Shown: positions 44,561-55,385, counted from the first letter of the stretch. The stretch: DNA of 64,000 bases from Patescibacteria group bacterium (GCA_038058635.1 JBBUAP010000001.1:384771-448770), one strand, 5' to 3'. Numbers and translations: made by a program. The notes: generated from the letters alone by a model not told the origin.

Positions 44561-45148
44561 ATGTACGAAGCAAAAAAGTTCGAGAGTATTAAGGAATTGA
44601 ACGGCATTAGTGAGCGGACAATGACGGAGCATTACAAGCTTTACGAGGGGTATGTGAAGAAATACAACGAAATAATCGACAAGTTAAAAACCGTCGACAC
44701 CGAACCAGCCAATCAAATATACAGCGACATTCGGGCGCTCAAAGTTGATCTGACATTTGCCATCGGCGGGATCAAAAGTCACGAATTATACTTCGGTCAT
44801 TTGGGGGGCGAAGGTGGCAAACCATCCGGTAAACTTTTAGAGCAAATAAATAAAGATTTTGGTTCGTTTGAAGTCTGGCAGAAGGACATGAAAGCCACAG
44901 CGACGGCCGCGCGCGGCTGGGCCTGGTTGGCTTACGATTGGGATTTCAAAAAACTGTTCAATTATATCGGTGACGCCCAAAATACTTTCCCGGTCTGGAA
45001 TGCCACTCCTTTATTAGCGCTGGATGTCTACGAACATGCCTACTACCTAGACTTTGCCACCAAGCGGGCTGACTATATTGATGCGTTTTTCAACAATCTC
45101 AATTGGCAATCTCTTGAAAAGCATTTTATTGACCACCAACTAGATTAA
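44561..45148 (+). CDS. sodA: Fe/Mn-family superoxide dismutase
   Basis: GGIKSHELYFGHL, ARGWAWLAYD and the metal ligands in LDVYEHAYYLDF. The second-sphere HH pair of canonical SODs is replaced (HYKLYE). Confidence 0.7.
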   Translation: MYEAKKFESIKELNGISERTMTEHYKLYEGYVKKYNEIIDKLKTVDTEPANQIYSDIRALKVDLTFAIGGIKSHELYFGHLGGEGGKPSGKLLEQINKDFGSFEVWQKDMKATATAARGWAWLAYDWDFKKLFNYIGDAQNTFPVWNATPLLALDVYEHAYYLDFATKRADYIDAFFNNLNWQSLEKHFIDHQLD

Positions 45149-45243
45149 TCACGACTTACGCAGTTTAGTTGATATAACTGGTTTGAACTTGCGTCGTGTT
45201 TCCACGACCTACATCTTAGAGCGCGTAAGTCGTGGAAATAGTA

Positions 45244-45271
45244 TATGGAAAAGCCGCCCCGAAGGGGCGGC
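45244..45271 (-). terminator. rho-independent terminator (GCCGCCCC-UUC-GGGGCGGC + UUUUCC) for the minus-strand hypothetical gene
   Basis: Read directly. Lies 8 nt past the stop of the 45279..45947 ORF. Confidence 0.55.
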
Positions 45272-45278
45272 CGGTAGC

Positions 45279-45947
45279 TCAGACTGGACTGGGAATGGGA
45301 CACTCGGCTCGGCCAACCTGCATATAGTTGGCTGCATGTACCTTAAGCGAGTCGGTGCAGCTTTGAGCAGCGTTAATAAGGTCGTTATTCAGAACGGGGA
45401 TAACCTCGTTAGCCCAAAGACAAGGCTTACCGTTGGCGAATTTGTCGCAGATTGCATCGGTGACAATCTTTCTGGCTCCATCTTCACCAAGGGACACCAA
45501 GACCAACAGGTCGAGCTTGCGGTCATTGATGATAGCGGATGTGGCTTGACGAGTTTGATACTTCAGCCAGATTTTGTCGCTATCAGTCATGCCGCTACTA
45601 TTGTAGACAAAAGCTTCCCGAACGAGGAGCCTGAATCCGTCGAGAAGTATCAGCTCGTTCGGTTGGTCATCAAAGCTCTCAATCACTTCGAATACTGCCT
45701 CCACCCCACTCAGGAAACAAATAATTCGAGCAATCAGTTCGCCTCTACCATTTAACCGGCTGCCGAAAAAATCGTCGTAGGTTTGGCGGACAGAATCGCT
45801 GACCTTCCTTCGCTGTTGAGACGCTGTCAATCGGACAATCTCGATCGAGCCGAAACTGTCGTTTGCAAGTTTCCCCTGAATTGTTTGAATCAGGGGTAAG
45901 CTGCTGGGAAACCTTACACTACCGTTGAAAAAGAGCGCCGCTGTCAT
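45279..45947 (-). CDS. hypothetical protein
   Basis: 222-aa ORF with its own intrinsic terminator. Preferred over the antisense 190-aa plus-strand ORF. Confidence 0.4.
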   Translation of the reverse strand: MTAALFFNGSVRFPSSLPLIQTIQGKLANDSFGSIEIVRLTASQQRRKVSDSVRQTYDDFFGSRLNGRGELIARIICFLSGVEAVFEVIESFDDQPNELILLDGFRLLVREAFVYNSSGMTDSDKIWLKYQTRQATSAIINDRKLDLLVLVSLGEDGARKIVTDAICDKFANGKPCLWANEVIPVLNNDLINAAQSCTDSLKVHAANYMQVGRAECPIPSPV

Positions 45948-46023
45948 TTTCCCTCCTGGATCTGCGGTATTTTGCGCTAGAGCGCGAGTAGCATCATAGC
46001 AGTTAATGAGCTAATATTCAACG

Positions 46024-46857
46024 ATGGATATCGGCGCACATGTTTCCACCGCTGGCGGGTTAAAGAATGCTATCGATAGCGGGATTAAGATCGGCGCCGA
46101 AGCGTTGCAGATTTTTCCGTCCGCGCCGTTGCAGTGGAAAATTCGGGGTTGGGACGAAGAACAGTGCGCGTGGTTTAAGGCCGAATGGCCAAAAACTTTT
46201 AAGCAAGTTATCTTTCATGGCATATATCTAACGAATTTGGCTGGAACCAGTCCAGAGAATGTTATTAAAACCAAAACTGCCCTAATTGAAACCTTAAATT
46301 TGGCGGCGAAAATTGGTGTTGTCGGCACAATCTTTCATCCTGGCTCGTACACCAACGGTGAGCTCGGCAACCAAGATCAGATCAAAACTGTAATCGCCGA
46401 GATACTGGCGGCGACACCTCCAGAATCGAAACTCATTTACGAAAACTCGGCCGGTTCGACGATCGGCGGTAGACTGGAGGACTTGGCGTGGCTCGTTAAC
46501 GCCTCTTCGGACAAATCGCGGGTTGGGGTTTGTTTGGATACTTGTCACGCCTTTGCCGCTGGTTACGACATTAAGACCAAAAATGGCTACGAAGCATATG
46601 TCAAAGAGGTTGACCGCTTAATTGGCCTCGACAAAGTTTTCTGCTGGCATTTCAATGACTCCAAGTTTGAGTTAGGCGCCAAGCGCGATCGGCACGAGAA
46701 CATCGGCCAAGGATTTCTCGGTGCTGAACCGTTTGGAAATATTCTGAACGACTCGCGCTGGGCGAGTTTGGCTTGCTACCTAGAAGTACCTGGTTTTGAC
46801 GATAAGGGCCCTGACCAGAAAAATATCGAAATACTCAAGAATCTGCGTCAGAGCTAG
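46024..46857 (+). CDS. nfo: endonuclease IV (AP endonuclease family 2)
   Basis: TIM-barrel AP endonuclease motifs (GAHVS, HGIYLTNLA, HPGSY, CLDTCHAFAAGYD). Confidence 0.85.
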   Translation: MDIGAHVSTAGGLKNAIDSGIKIGAEALQIFPSAPLQWKIRGWDEEQCAWFKAEWPKTFKQVIFHGIYLTNLAGTSPENVIKTKTALIETLNLAAKIGVVGTIFHPGSYTNGELGNQDQIKTVIAEILAATPPESKLIYENSAGSTIGGRLEDLAWLVNASSDKSRVGVCLDTCHAFAAGYDIKTKNGYEAYVKEVDRLIGLDKVFCWHFNDSKFELGAKRDRHENIGQGFLGAEPFGNILNDSRWASLACYLEVPGFDDKGPDQKNIEILKNLRQS

Positions 46858-47237
46858 TTTGCCTCGAGGTATTTTTTGATTGCGCCGAGATAATAAATAT
46901 CCCAGCCCTCTTTCAAATCCTTTTCTTCACTAGAAGGATGGCCGGTTTGGGTTAATTTAATTTCTGTGTGATCATCGGTGGACGTCACGTCAAAAGTGAC
47001 GATTGACGGTTTTGGCCAATCGCCGTATTGCCACTCCTGGACAAGTTTATTGGGCTTCTCGACGGCAGTGTTGACTCCGCTAATGTCGCCGTTCCAAAGC
47101 TCAAATTCAAAACCAACCTCGGCGCTCATTCTGGCTGGAGCATTGCTCCACTTGGCGATTATCTCTGGGTCAACCAATGCCTGCCAGACTTTCTCGATCG
47201 GCGAAGCGATTAAAAAAGTTTCTTTAATTTCAGCCAT
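46854..47237 (-). CDS. SRPBCC / AHSA1-like domain protein
   Basis: 127 aa. KVWQALVDPEIIAKW and a beta-grip pattern typical of Aha1/SRPBCC. Confidence 0.6.
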   Translation of the reverse strand: MAEIKETFLIASPIEKVWQALVDPEIIAKWSNAPARMSAEVGFEFELWNGDISGVNTAVEKPNKLVQEWQYGDWPKPSIVTFDVTSTDDHTEIKLTQTGHPSSEEKDLKEGWDIYYLGAIKKYLEAN

Positions 47238-47465
47238 TCAATATATTTTAACTCAATGCCTAGTTTTACCAAGTAATTAGTAAGGGTAAAATATACGACC
47301 CCACCTTGTTAGGGGCGGGGTCGGATGCCGCTCTCCTGGAGCGGCGTAATGTATTACTGGTGTGCGGCTTGTTGTTGTCGCACAAACCAGAAGTGACATT
47401 CAATCGACTTGAGTCAATAGTGGGCATGTTGCCCAGTTATCGCTCACTGCCCGGGGCGCCGGGGT

Positions 47466-47630
47466 TCAGACCGCGTTGGTCGAGTGTCCGGTGTCCGCGC
47501 CAATGTCGATGTCGTTCTTGAAGGTGCCGGCCGACGTGTGGCCGTTGGTCGTGTTGATGGCGCCGTTGGACGCAATTGGTTCGATCTGGCTAAACAAGTT
47601 GCGCACTCTGGGCGATCCTCGAATCATCAT
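47466..47630 (-). CDS. hypothetical 54-aa Gly/Thr/Asn-rich peptide
   Basis: GGGAGGA SD 6 nt upstream of ATGATG at 47630. ORF reads MMIRGSPRVRNLFSQIEPIASNGAINTTNGHTSAGTFKNDIDIGADTGHSTNAV. Intrinsic terminator hairpins downstream at 47285-47345. Hand-translated because it is below the ORF cutoff. Confidence 0.3.
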   Translation of the reverse strand: MMIRGSPRVRNLFSQIEPIASNGAINTTNGHTSAGTFKNDIDIGADTGHSTNAV

Positions 47631-47807
47631 GTGATTTCCTCCCTACCCCCCTAAGCAATCTGAAGCATCTTCAGCGATCACCCGGTTTTTGGGTAGTGCA
47701 CCAGCGAACAAAAGCAGTGAGCTTCCGCTTGCGGGTTGTGAAAATATTACCACCTTTGCGTCGGATTGTCAACAGTTTTTGGCAGAATTTTTGTGTATAC
47801 TAATACT

Positions 47808-47963
47808 ATGAATTCACTTCAACTTATGGGCGCACTAGCGATTGCTTTTGGGATTTTGGTGATAATCTTTCCGCAACTGGTCGGCATTTTGGTCGGCATT
47901 TTCTTTATTATCGTCGGCATCAACATCCTGGCTTTCGGCAACAAGTTCACCCGACTTCGCTAA
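47808..47963 (+). CDS. DUF3096-like two-TM micro-membrane protein
   Basis: MNSLQLMGALAIAFGILVIIFPQLVGILVGIFFIIVGINILAFGNKFTRLR. Diverges from the small-peptide gene. Confidence 0.4.
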   Translation: MNSLQLMGALAIAFGILVIIFPQLVGILVGIFFIIVGINILAFGNKFTRLR

Positions 47964-47983
47964 AGTAGTAATTACCCCTTCAA

Positions 47984-49648
47984 CTAGGAGTCAACAGTCT
48001 TTAGAGATTTTTTCCGCTGACGCTGGCGATGAAATCCGATGACAAAGCGATGCGTTTCGTCGCGGATACGAGCAAGTAGAAGAACTCCCTTATGTCCCCG
48101 CGTCGCCAGAACGGGTTTTTTCTTTCCCGGCAAAAATATCCGATCTGGCTTCTTGGCAAGAGCGATAAATCGCAGCATCTGGCCACTTGCTTCTGGCTCC
48201 TTGCTAGTCTGCCAGTTGCTAGTAGCTAGTTGCTCCGCCGCCTTAAGGGCGGCGGCAAGCTGTTCCGGTCCACCATCAACCACAAACAAATCCGGTAGCG
48301 GTCGGGAAGTGTCCGCGAAACGCCGGGCGGTCACTTCAGCGATCATCGCAAAGTCATCTTGCCCCTCAACCGTTTTGATTTTATAGCGCCGATACTCGTT
48401 TTTATCCGGTATACCATTAATAAAACAAACGGTGGCCCCAACCGGTTCGCTCGCACCGAGGTTAGATATATCAACCGCTTCGATCCGTTGCGGCAATTTA
48501 CCTAACCCTAATAATTCTTTGATGGCGATAACTCCAAGCATACTCGAATCTTGGTTTACTAAGCTGGATTCAAGTTTAGCTCCAGCGTTCTTTTTGGCTA
48601 ACGCCACAAAGTCTACCTTGTCGCCGCGCGTGGCAACTCGTAGCTCGATCGAATGACCGGACATCGTTTCCAACCACCCTTCAATCAGTTTCTGGTCATC
48701 GATAGCAGTCTCAAGAATAATTAAACTCGGGTGTACTGGGAAGTTAGCATAAAGTGTTAAGAAAAATTGGCGAATAACTTCGCTTTCCGCTTGATCAATC
48801 GGTGAGTCAAAGACAAACTGCTTCTGCCCGCTCATTACCCCCTGACGAACCATGAGTAATGTTACGACAGATCGATTATTAGTTTCAGCGGTGGCGATGA
48901 CATCGAAATCTTCCTGGGCTTGCCCAACGATGTGCTGTTTAGTCGTTACTTGTCTTATTGCCCTTAACTGATCGCGCAGTTTCGCCGCCAGCTCGTAGTT
49001 CTTTGCCTCCGAGGCCTGATTCATTCGCAAACTCAAGTCCTTGGAAAGCGAGTTGCGTTTGCCAAGCAAGAATTCAACAGATTTTGTTACCTTGACAGCA
49101 TATGCTTCAGCAGATATTTCACCGGCCAACGGGCATGAGTTATTTTCAAGCTGGCAGTTTAAGCAGGGCCGAGCATTACCAGAGGGCAAGGCTCGATTAC
49201 TGATATGAACGCCGTAAAGCCGGCGCAAGAACTCGCAAGTTAGTCGTGCCGACCAGGCCGATAGATAGGGACCAAAGTATTTTGCCCCGTCGCGAGCGCG
49301 TTTGCGGACAACCTGAAAGCAGGGGAACGGCTCGTTGACGGTTAGTTTAATAAATGGGTAGGCCTTGTCGTCAGTTAGTTTGATATTGTACTTCGGCAAA
49401 TATTCGCCGATTAAGCGGGATTCCAAAATTAGGGCCTCGAGTTCGTTGTTGACGACAATTATTTCAATGTCATCAATTAACCCGATCATCACGCTCACCC
49501 ACGGTCGATCTAAGTGTTTGTTTGTAAAATAGCTTCCAACCCGATTTCTCAAGTTTTTGGCCTTGCCAACATAGAGCACGGCGCCAGAGTCGTCCTTGAA
49601 AAGATACACACCAGGCTGGGTTGGCAGATTGTTGGTCAACTTTTTCAT
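47984..49648 (-). CDS. uvrC: excinuclease ABC subunit C
   Basis: N-terminal GIY-YIG (GVYLFKD..LYVGKAKNLRNRV), UvrBC interaction region, and C-terminal RNase H-like/HhH region. Confidence 0.9.
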   Translation of the reverse strand: MKKLTNNLPTQPGVYLFKDDSGAVLYVGKAKNLRNRVGSYFTNKHLDRPWVSVMIGLIDDIEIIVVNNELEALILESRLIGEYLPKYNIKLTDDKAYPFIKLTVNEPFPCFQVVRKRARDGAKYFGPYLSAWSARLTCEFLRRLYGVHISNRALPSGNARPCLNCQLENNSCPLAGEISAEAYAVKVTKSVEFLLGKRNSLSKDLSLRMNQASEAKNYELAAKLRDQLRAIRQVTTKQHIVGQAQEDFDVIATAETNNRSVVTLLMVRQGVMSGQKQFVFDSPIDQAESEVIRQFFLTLYANFPVHPSLIILETAIDDQKLIEGWLETMSGHSIELRVATRGDKVDFVALAKKNAGAKLESSLVNQDSSMLGVIAIKELLGLGKLPQRIEAVDISNLGASEPVGATVCFINGIPDKNEYRRYKIKTVEGQDDFAMIAEVTARRFADTSRPLPDLFVVDGGPEQLAAALKAAEQLATSNWQTSKEPEASGQMLRFIALAKKPDRIFLPGKKKPVLATRGHKGVLLLARIRDETHRFVIGFHRQRQRKKSLKTVDS

Positions 49649-49721
49649 CGCTCACAGTATATCCTACTCGAATCAGTATTCCGATTCACAAAATGAAAGC
49701 CGGCAAAATGAAAGGATGCAG

Positions 49722-52583
49722 TCAAGGGCGTCTGGAAACAGATGCCCCTTTCTTTTGCCCAAACAAGACTTTGTCTAAAACCTGACCCGTAAGAGAGGAT
49801 TGGTTCTGACTGACTTCTTCGGGTGTGCCTTTAGCGACGATTTCGCCACCCTTCTCACCGCCACCAGGACCCAGATCAATTAGCCAGTCGGCTGACTTAA
49901 TAACATCCAAATTATGCTCGATTACCACCACCGTATTGCCCCGGTCAACGAGCGTCTGGAGAACACCGAGCAGTTTTTCAACATCGGCAAAATGCAGGCC
50001 AGTTGTTGGCTCGTCTAAAATATACAAAGTAGCGCCGGTATCGCGCTTGGCTAACTCGGCCGCCAACTTAATGCGCTGGGCTTCGCCGCCCGACAGTGTT
50101 GTAGCGCTCTGGCCCAAGCGGACATAGCCCAAACCAACTTTCTGCATCGTTTTAAGTTTGTCGGCGATGGTGTGAATATTAGAAAAGAACTCCAGCGCCT
50201 CGTCGATGGTCATATTCAAAATTTGCGAAATCGTTTTGCCTTTCCACATTACTTCCAGCGTTTCGCGGTTGTAGCGCGTTCCTTTACAGACGTCACAAGT
50301 GATATAAACATCCGGCAGGAAATTCATCTCGATTTTAATTTGACCGTCGCCTTGGCAGTTCTCACAACGGCCACCGATAACATTGAAACTAAAGCGGCCC
50401 GGTTTGTAGCCGCGACTACGAGCGGCCGGTGTGGCGGCAAACAGCTGACGAATTGGGTCGAAGGCCTTGGTGTAAGTGGCGGGGTTACTTCTAGGGGTGC
50501 GGCCGATGGGGGACTGGTCGATCTCGATCATTTTATTGATATGCTCAACACCGCTCAATCCTTCGTGCGCCCCTGGCGTCAGCATGCCGTGACCCATGCG
50601 GCGATTGACGGCCTTGCTTAAGATCTCGGCGATTAAGGTTGACTTGCCACTGCCCGATACGCCGGTCACAACAACAAAACGCGAAGTCGGGAAATTGACG
50701 GTAATATTCTTCAGGTTGTTCTCTGTCGCGCCGTGGACGGTCAGCATTCGGTGGCCTTTGGCCACTTCGCGCCGTTCGGGGATAACGAGGGCTTTTTCGC
50801 CACGCAAGTACGGGGCCGTGACGGATTTGGGATTATTCAGAACTTCGTCGTAAGTGCCGCTGGCGACAATCTCGCCGCCGTGTTCGCCGGCGCCCGGGCC
50901 AATATCGACCAAGAAGTCGGCCGCCCGCATTGTTTCCTCGTCGTGCTCAACGACAATGACGGTGTTGCCTAGATCCCGGAGGCGATGAAGCGTTTCGATC
51001 AGTTTGGCGTTGTCTGTCGGGTGCAGGCCGATTGTCGGTTCATCCAAGACATAAAGGATACCAACTAGCGCTGAACCGATCTGGGAGGCCAGGCGAATGC
51101 GCTGGCTTTCGCCGCCGGCCAAGGTAGTCGCTGAACGATCGAGTGTCAGATAGTCCAAGCCAACTTTTGACAGAAACTCCAGGCGGCTAGAAATTTCTAT
51201 AATCACTTTGTCGACGATGGATTTGTCGCGAGCGGTCAATTTTAGCGAACTAAAGTAATCTCGGGCCTTATCGACGGTCAGCGAAGTGATATCCGAGATG
51301 TTCAGGCCGCCGACCTTAAAGATTAACGCCTCTTGCTTCAGGCGGGCGCCCTTACAGCTCTGACACGGGCTTGCTAGCATATACTTTTCTATCTCATCAC
51401 GGACCCGATCGGAGTCAGTCTCGAGATAGCGGCTATCTAAATGGGGAATTAAGCCCTTGAACCAAACGCTGAAATGCTGGGCTTGGCCATGGGAGAAGTA
51501 TTTGAGCGGAATTTTGAACGGCTTCTCCAGCCCTTGCAGTAATTTTGCTAATTGTTTTGGATCGAGATCTTTGATCGGCAGATCAATACTTAAGTCAAAA
51601 TGTTCGGCAACATTTTTGATTAATATGCCGTAGTAGTTGGTGCTGGAAAAATTCCACGGCATAACACCGCCTTCGGCGATGGTTTTGGACGAATCGGGAA
51701 TGATTAGGTCTTCAGTGATAACTTTGCGATAGCCCAAACCGTGACAGTCTTCACAGGCGCCGTACGGCGAATTGAAGGAAAACGATCGCGGGGAAATTTC
51801 GCCGAGCGAAAAGCCGTCGTACGGGCAGGCTAAGTCTTGCGAGAGTAGAATTTCGTCGTCCTTGCCTTCTTGGGCGACGATAACCAAGCCCTTACTTAAC
51901 TTCATCGCCGACTCGATTGCTTCATTGAGGCGCGAACGGGTGCTGGAACCAATTATTAATCGATCGATCAGAACCTCGATCTTGTGGGCTTTGTAACGAT
52001 CGAGTTCGATCTTATCGCTTAAACTGAAAATCTCGCCGTTGACGCGGACAGTGCCGAACCCTCCTTTATATAGGTCGTGCAATAACTGGTGATATTCGCC
52101 CTTGCGACCGCGGACCACCGGCGCCAAAACGCTGATGCGGGTGCCTTCCGGTAAACCGACGATCAGATCGACCATTTGGTCGACGCTTTGACGAGCAATT
52201 TGGCGATCGCATTTGGGGCAGTAGGGGATACCGACGCGGGCAAAGAGTAGTCGCAGGTAATCGTAAATTTCAGTGACGGTGCCGACGGTGGAGCGAGGGT
52301 TATGAGAGTTGGCTTTCTGGTCGATCGAGATGGCCGGTGACAAACCTTCGATATAATCGACATCGGGTTTTTCCATCTGACCCAAAAATTGTCGGGCATA
52401 AGATGAAAGCGATTCCATATATCTGCGCTGGCCTTCGGCATAAATTGTGTCAAACGCCAAACTTGATTTACCGGAGCCTGACAAACCCGTGAAAACGATC
52501 AATTTTTCCCGCGGCAATTCGAGATCAATGTTTTTGAGGTTGTGCTCACGAGCGCCTTTGATAAAGATTCTGTCTTGAGACAT
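49722..52583 (-). CDS. uvrA: excinuclease ABC subunit A
   Basis: Tandem ABC modules and zinc modules. Located in the uvrB-x-y-uvrA-uvrC cluster. Confidence 0.9.
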   Translation of the reverse strand: MSQDRIFIKGAREHNLKNIDLELPREKLIVFTGLSGSGKSSLAFDTIYAEGQRRYMESLSSYARQFLGQMEKPDVDYIEGLSPAISIDQKANSHNPRSTVGTVTEIYDYLRLLFARVGIPYCPKCDRQIARQSVDQMVDLIVGLPEGTRISVLAPVVRGRKGEYHQLLHDLYKGGFGTVRVNGEIFSLSDKIELDRYKAHKIEVLIDRLIIGSSTRSRLNEAIESAMKLSKGLVIVAQEGKDDEILLSQDLACPYDGFSLGEISPRSFSFNSPYGACEDCHGLGYRKVITEDLIIPDSSKTIAEGGVMPWNFSSTNYYGILIKNVAEHFDLSIDLPIKDLDPKQLAKLLQGLEKPFKIPLKYFSHGQAQHFSVWFKGLIPHLDSRYLETDSDRVRDEIEKYMLASPCQSCKGARLKQEALIFKVGGLNISDITSLTVDKARDYFSSLKLTARDKSIVDKVIIEISSRLEFLSKVGLDYLTLDRSATTLAGGESQRIRLASQIGSALVGILYVLDEPTIGLHPTDNAKLIETLHRLRDLGNTVIVVEHDEETMRAADFLVDIGPGAGEHGGEIVASGTYDEVLNNPKSVTAPYLRGEKALVIPERREVAKGHRMLTVHGATENNLKNITVNFPTSRFVVVTGVSGSGKSTLIAEILSKAVNRRMGHGMLTPGAHEGLSGVEHINKMIEIDQSPIGRTPRSNPATYTKAFDPIRQLFAATPAARSRGYKPGRFSFNVIGGRCENCQGDGQIKIEMNFLPDVYITCDVCKGTRYNRETLEVMWKGKTISQILNMTIDEALEFFSNIHTIADKLKTMQKVGLGYVRLGQSATTLSGGEAQRIKLAAELAKRDTGATLYILDEPTTGLHFADVEKLLGVLQTLVDRGNTVVVIEHNLDVIKSADWLIDLGPGGGEKGGEIVAKGTPEEVSQNQSSLTGQVLDKVLFGQKKGASVSRRP

Positions 52584-52675
52584 CTAATCATTGTACCAGA
52601 CAAAACCCGAAAAACTTCAGGCAAACAAAAAAGGGTCTTTCGACCCGATTCTGTTTTCGCCAGAGATTAGTGTAA

Positions 52676-52867
52676 TTACTCTTTTGTAGATTCGGTGTCC
52701 GACGGTGTTGAAGAGGAATTCATCCAGAGTTGCTCCAATATCCTTTTCATATCGGGGGTGTTTATATGGTATGCCTCAGCAGCTGCTTTAGTATTAGCGA
52801 CAAACGCCTCTTCTTGAGCTTCCTTATCTTCAATTCCGCCTGGTTCTTGTGCTTCAAATTCTCCCAT
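52676..52867 (-). CDS. hypothetical 63-aa acidic protein within uvr operon
   Basis: GAAGGAGGT SD directly upstream of the ATG. No known motif. Confidence 0.4.
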   Translation of the reverse strand: MGEFEAQEPGGIEDKEAQEEAFVANTKAAAEAYHINTPDMKRILEQLWMNSSSTPSDTESTKE

Positions 52868-52937
52868 TGACCTCCTTCGCTACCATTAACTAAAAACCTT
52901 AGGTATATGTCAAGGGGAGCTCTGGATTAGAGCTCCC

Positions 52938-53249
52938 CTAGTGCTTGGTTTCCAACGAGAGGGTCTGTTCGACAATGCTTCGAGCTGTTTCTGACGCCAG
53001 GGAGTGACGGCCCTGGCACCATGCTCTGACATCAAGCAGCGATGCTGTTGTTTCGTCAGACATCTCCTTGAGTGGGTTCCGTCCTGAGTAGGCGAGGGAT
53101 TCCGACAACAGGTAGGAAAGTATATCGCCTAAGATAATCCTTTCGTCTCCTGGCGGGATCTCTTGTTCGGTTCGCTCGAGGGCAATGAGCAACCTCCTTG
53201 TCAGCCAATTGACCTCTACCATTTTCATTCTGGCGAGGTTCAGGTTCAT
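52938..53249 (-). CDS. hypothetical 103-aa protein within uvr operon
   Basis: GGAGGT SD 5 nt upstream of the ATG. Starts 28 nt after the uvrB stop. No known motif. Confidence 0.45.
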   Translation of the reverse strand: MNLNLARMKMVEVNWLTRRLLIALERTEQEIPPGDERIILGDILSYLLSESLAYSGRNPLKEMSDETTASLLDVRAWCQGRHSLASETARSIVEQTLSLETKH

Positions 53250-53277
53250 TCGATACCTCCAACTATCAGAGCCTAGT

Positions 53278-55299
53278 TTATGTCAATTCTGGGTGAAAGT
53301 CAATGGCTTGGGCACTCAAATCCTTTCGGTCTTTCTGCATTTTCTTCAGCTTGATTACCTCGTCACGGAGAATCGCGGCCAATTCAAATTGAAGTTCTTG
53401 AGCGGCTAGTTTCATCTGGCGCTCTTTGTCTTTAATCAACGAATCGATATTGCTTTTGGCCAGCTGGGTTTCGATTTTATCCAAACCGACCGATGCCGTG
53501 AGCTCTTGCTCGACAATCGAGGTGATACTTTTAGAGATACTCCTTGGGGTGATGCCGTGCTCCTTATTATAGGCAGACTGAATTGTTCGGCGTCGGTTGG
53601 TTTCGTCGATCGCTTTTTTCAGTGAATCGGTGATTGTATCGGCATAGAGAATGACTTGACCTTGGACATGACGAGCGGCTCGACCGATGGTTTGAATGAG
53701 GGATCGCTCACTGCGGAGGAATCCTTCTTTGTCGGCGTCCAAAATGCCAACCAGCGACACTTCCGGCAGATCCAACCCTTCGCGAAGTAAGTTGACGCCG
53801 ATTAAGACATCAAAAGTTCCCTTGCGTAACTCCCGCAATATTTCGATCCGTTCTAATGTTTCGACACCGCTATGAAGGTAGCGGACACGAATGCCTTGTT
53901 CGAGCAGGTAGTCGGTCAGATCTTCGGCCATTTTTTTCGTCAGCGTCGTCACCAAAGTTCGTTCTTCGCGAGCGACCCGGCCCTTAATTCGTTCTTGTAA
54001 GTCTTTAACCTGGCCATCAACAGGTTGGATGATCAGCTCGGGGTCAATGAGGCCAGTCGGACGAATGATTTGCTGGGCAGTATTCTCTGATCGTTCTAGC
54101 TCGTACACCCCAGGGGTGGCCGAGGTGTAAATCGTTTGGCCAACCTTCTGTTCAAACTCGGCGAAACGCAACGGTCGGTTATCTTTGGCTGATGGCAAGC
54201 GAAAACCGTAGTCGACCAAGACTTCTTTGCGGGCTTTGTCGCCGTTATACATCCCGCCAATCTGCGAAACGGTTACATGGGACTCGTCGATGATCGTCAG
54301 GAAATCGGGATTGGAGCGAATGAAGTAATCAAACAATGTTGTCGGCGTACTGCCCGGCTCTCGGCCATCAAAATGTCGGGAGTAGTTTTCGATGCCATTG
54401 CAGTAGCCGACCTCGCGAATCATCTCCATGTCATAAAGCGTCCGGCGAGCCAGGCGATCGGCTTCAATGCCTTTGTTTTCTTTTTCTAGGACTTTGAGGC
54501 GGTCTTTCAGCTCCGCTTCAATCGATTCAACTGCCCGATCCATTCGCTCAACCGGCATCACAAAGTGTCGAGCCGGGTAGAAAACGGCTAAACGCTTGTG
54601 TTCGATAATTTCGCTGGTAACTGGATCGATCTCTTGAATTTCCTCGACTGTATCGCCAGCAAGTTTCAAACGGATGATGCGCATTGCGTTGGCTGGCATC
54701 ACTTCAATGATCTCGCCACGGGTCCGGAAGTCGCCTCGTTTCAGCTCAACATCGTTGCGCTGATATTGGAGGAAAACTAATTTGTCTAAGAGTTGTTCGC
54801 GGGGGATTGTCTGACCCTTGGTAATGACGAGACTGGCCTTTTGATACTCATCTGGTGAACCCAAGCCGTAAATGCAGGAGACGGATGCAACGATAATCGT
54901 ATCTTGGCGGGTCAGAATGGCCTGGGTGGCGGCGTGACGAAGGCGATCGATCTCGTCGTTAATTTGGGCTTCCTTTTCTATGTATGTATCGGAGTTGGGC
55001 ATATAGGCCTCGGGTTGGTAGTAGTCGTAATAAGAAACGAAATATTCAACGGCGTTTTTAGGGAAGAATTGGCGGTACTCACTCGTTAGCTGGGCGGCCA
55101 GTGTTTTGTTGTGGGCAATGACGAGAGTGGGCTTTTGAACTGCCGCGATAACATTGGCGGCGGTGAAAGTCTTACCCGAGCCGGTCACACCCAAAAGCAC
55201 CTGATGCTTCAGGCCTTTGTTAATTCCCTTCATCAGCGACTCAATCGCCTTCGGCTGATCCCCCGCTGGTTTCATGTCCGTTGCCAGTTCAAACTGCAT
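53278..55299 (-). CDS. uvrB: excinuclease ABC subunit B
   Basis: Helicase motifs ([13 protein letters not shown]), beta-hairpin region, and C-terminal UVR domain. Confidence 0.9.
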   Translation of the reverse strand: MQFELATDMKPAGDQPKAIESLMKGINKGLKHQVLLGVTGSGKTFTAANVIAAVQKPTLVIAHNKTLAAQLTSEYRQFFPKNAVEYFVSYYDYYQPEAYMPNSDTYIEKEAQINDEIDRLRHAATQAILTRQDTIIVASVSCIYGLGSPDEYQKASLVITKGQTIPREQLLDKLVFLQYQRNDVELKRGDFRTRGEIIEVMPANAMRIIRLKLAGDTVEEIQEIDPVTSEIIEHKRLAVFYPARHFVMPVERMDRAVESIEAELKDRLKVLEKENKGIEADRLARRTLYDMEMIREVGYCNGIENYSRHFDGREPGSTPTTLFDYFIRSNPDFLTIIDESHVTVSQIGGMYNGDKARKEVLVDYGFRLPSAKDNRPLRFAEFEQKVGQTIYTSATPGVYELERSENTAQQIIRPTGLIDPELIIQPVDGQVKDLQERIKGRVAREERTLVTTLTKKMAEDLTDYLLEQGIRVRYLHSGVETLERIEILRELRKGTFDVLIGVNLLREGLDLPEVSLVGILDADKEGFLRSERSLIQTIGRAARHVQGQVILYADTITDSLKKAIDETNRRRTIQSAYNKEHGITPRSISKSITSIVEQELTASVGLDKIETQLAKSNIDSLIKDKERQMKLAAQELQFELAAILRDEVIKLKKMQKDRKDLSAQAIDFHPELT

Positions 55300-55356
55300 T
55301 TGTCTAATTCTAGCGTATTTTTCAGGTATTTAAACCTGTAAAACTTCTGTTCCCTC

Positions 55357-55385
55357 TTGACAGGTTTGTTCAGGGTAGTTAGTAA
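55357..55385 (+). promoter_or_regulatory. candidate sigma70 promoter TTGACA-N17-TAGTAA overlapped by inverted repeat AAACCTGT...ACAGGTTT
   Basis: -35 at 55357-55362. Inverted-repeat arms at 55331-55338 and 55361-55368. Lies between divergent uvrB and the 67-aa gene. Confidence 0.3.

Noticed and set aside
45183-45755. 190-aa plus-strand ORF
   Set aside because: It is antisense to the longer 222-aa minus-strand ORF, which has its own intrinsic terminator. Only one can be real, and the minus gene fits the signals.
47306-47521. 71-aa plus-strand ORF
   Set aside because: It has an Arg/Cys-rich GC-skew artefact translation and overlaps the minus-strand peptide gene and terminator hairpins.
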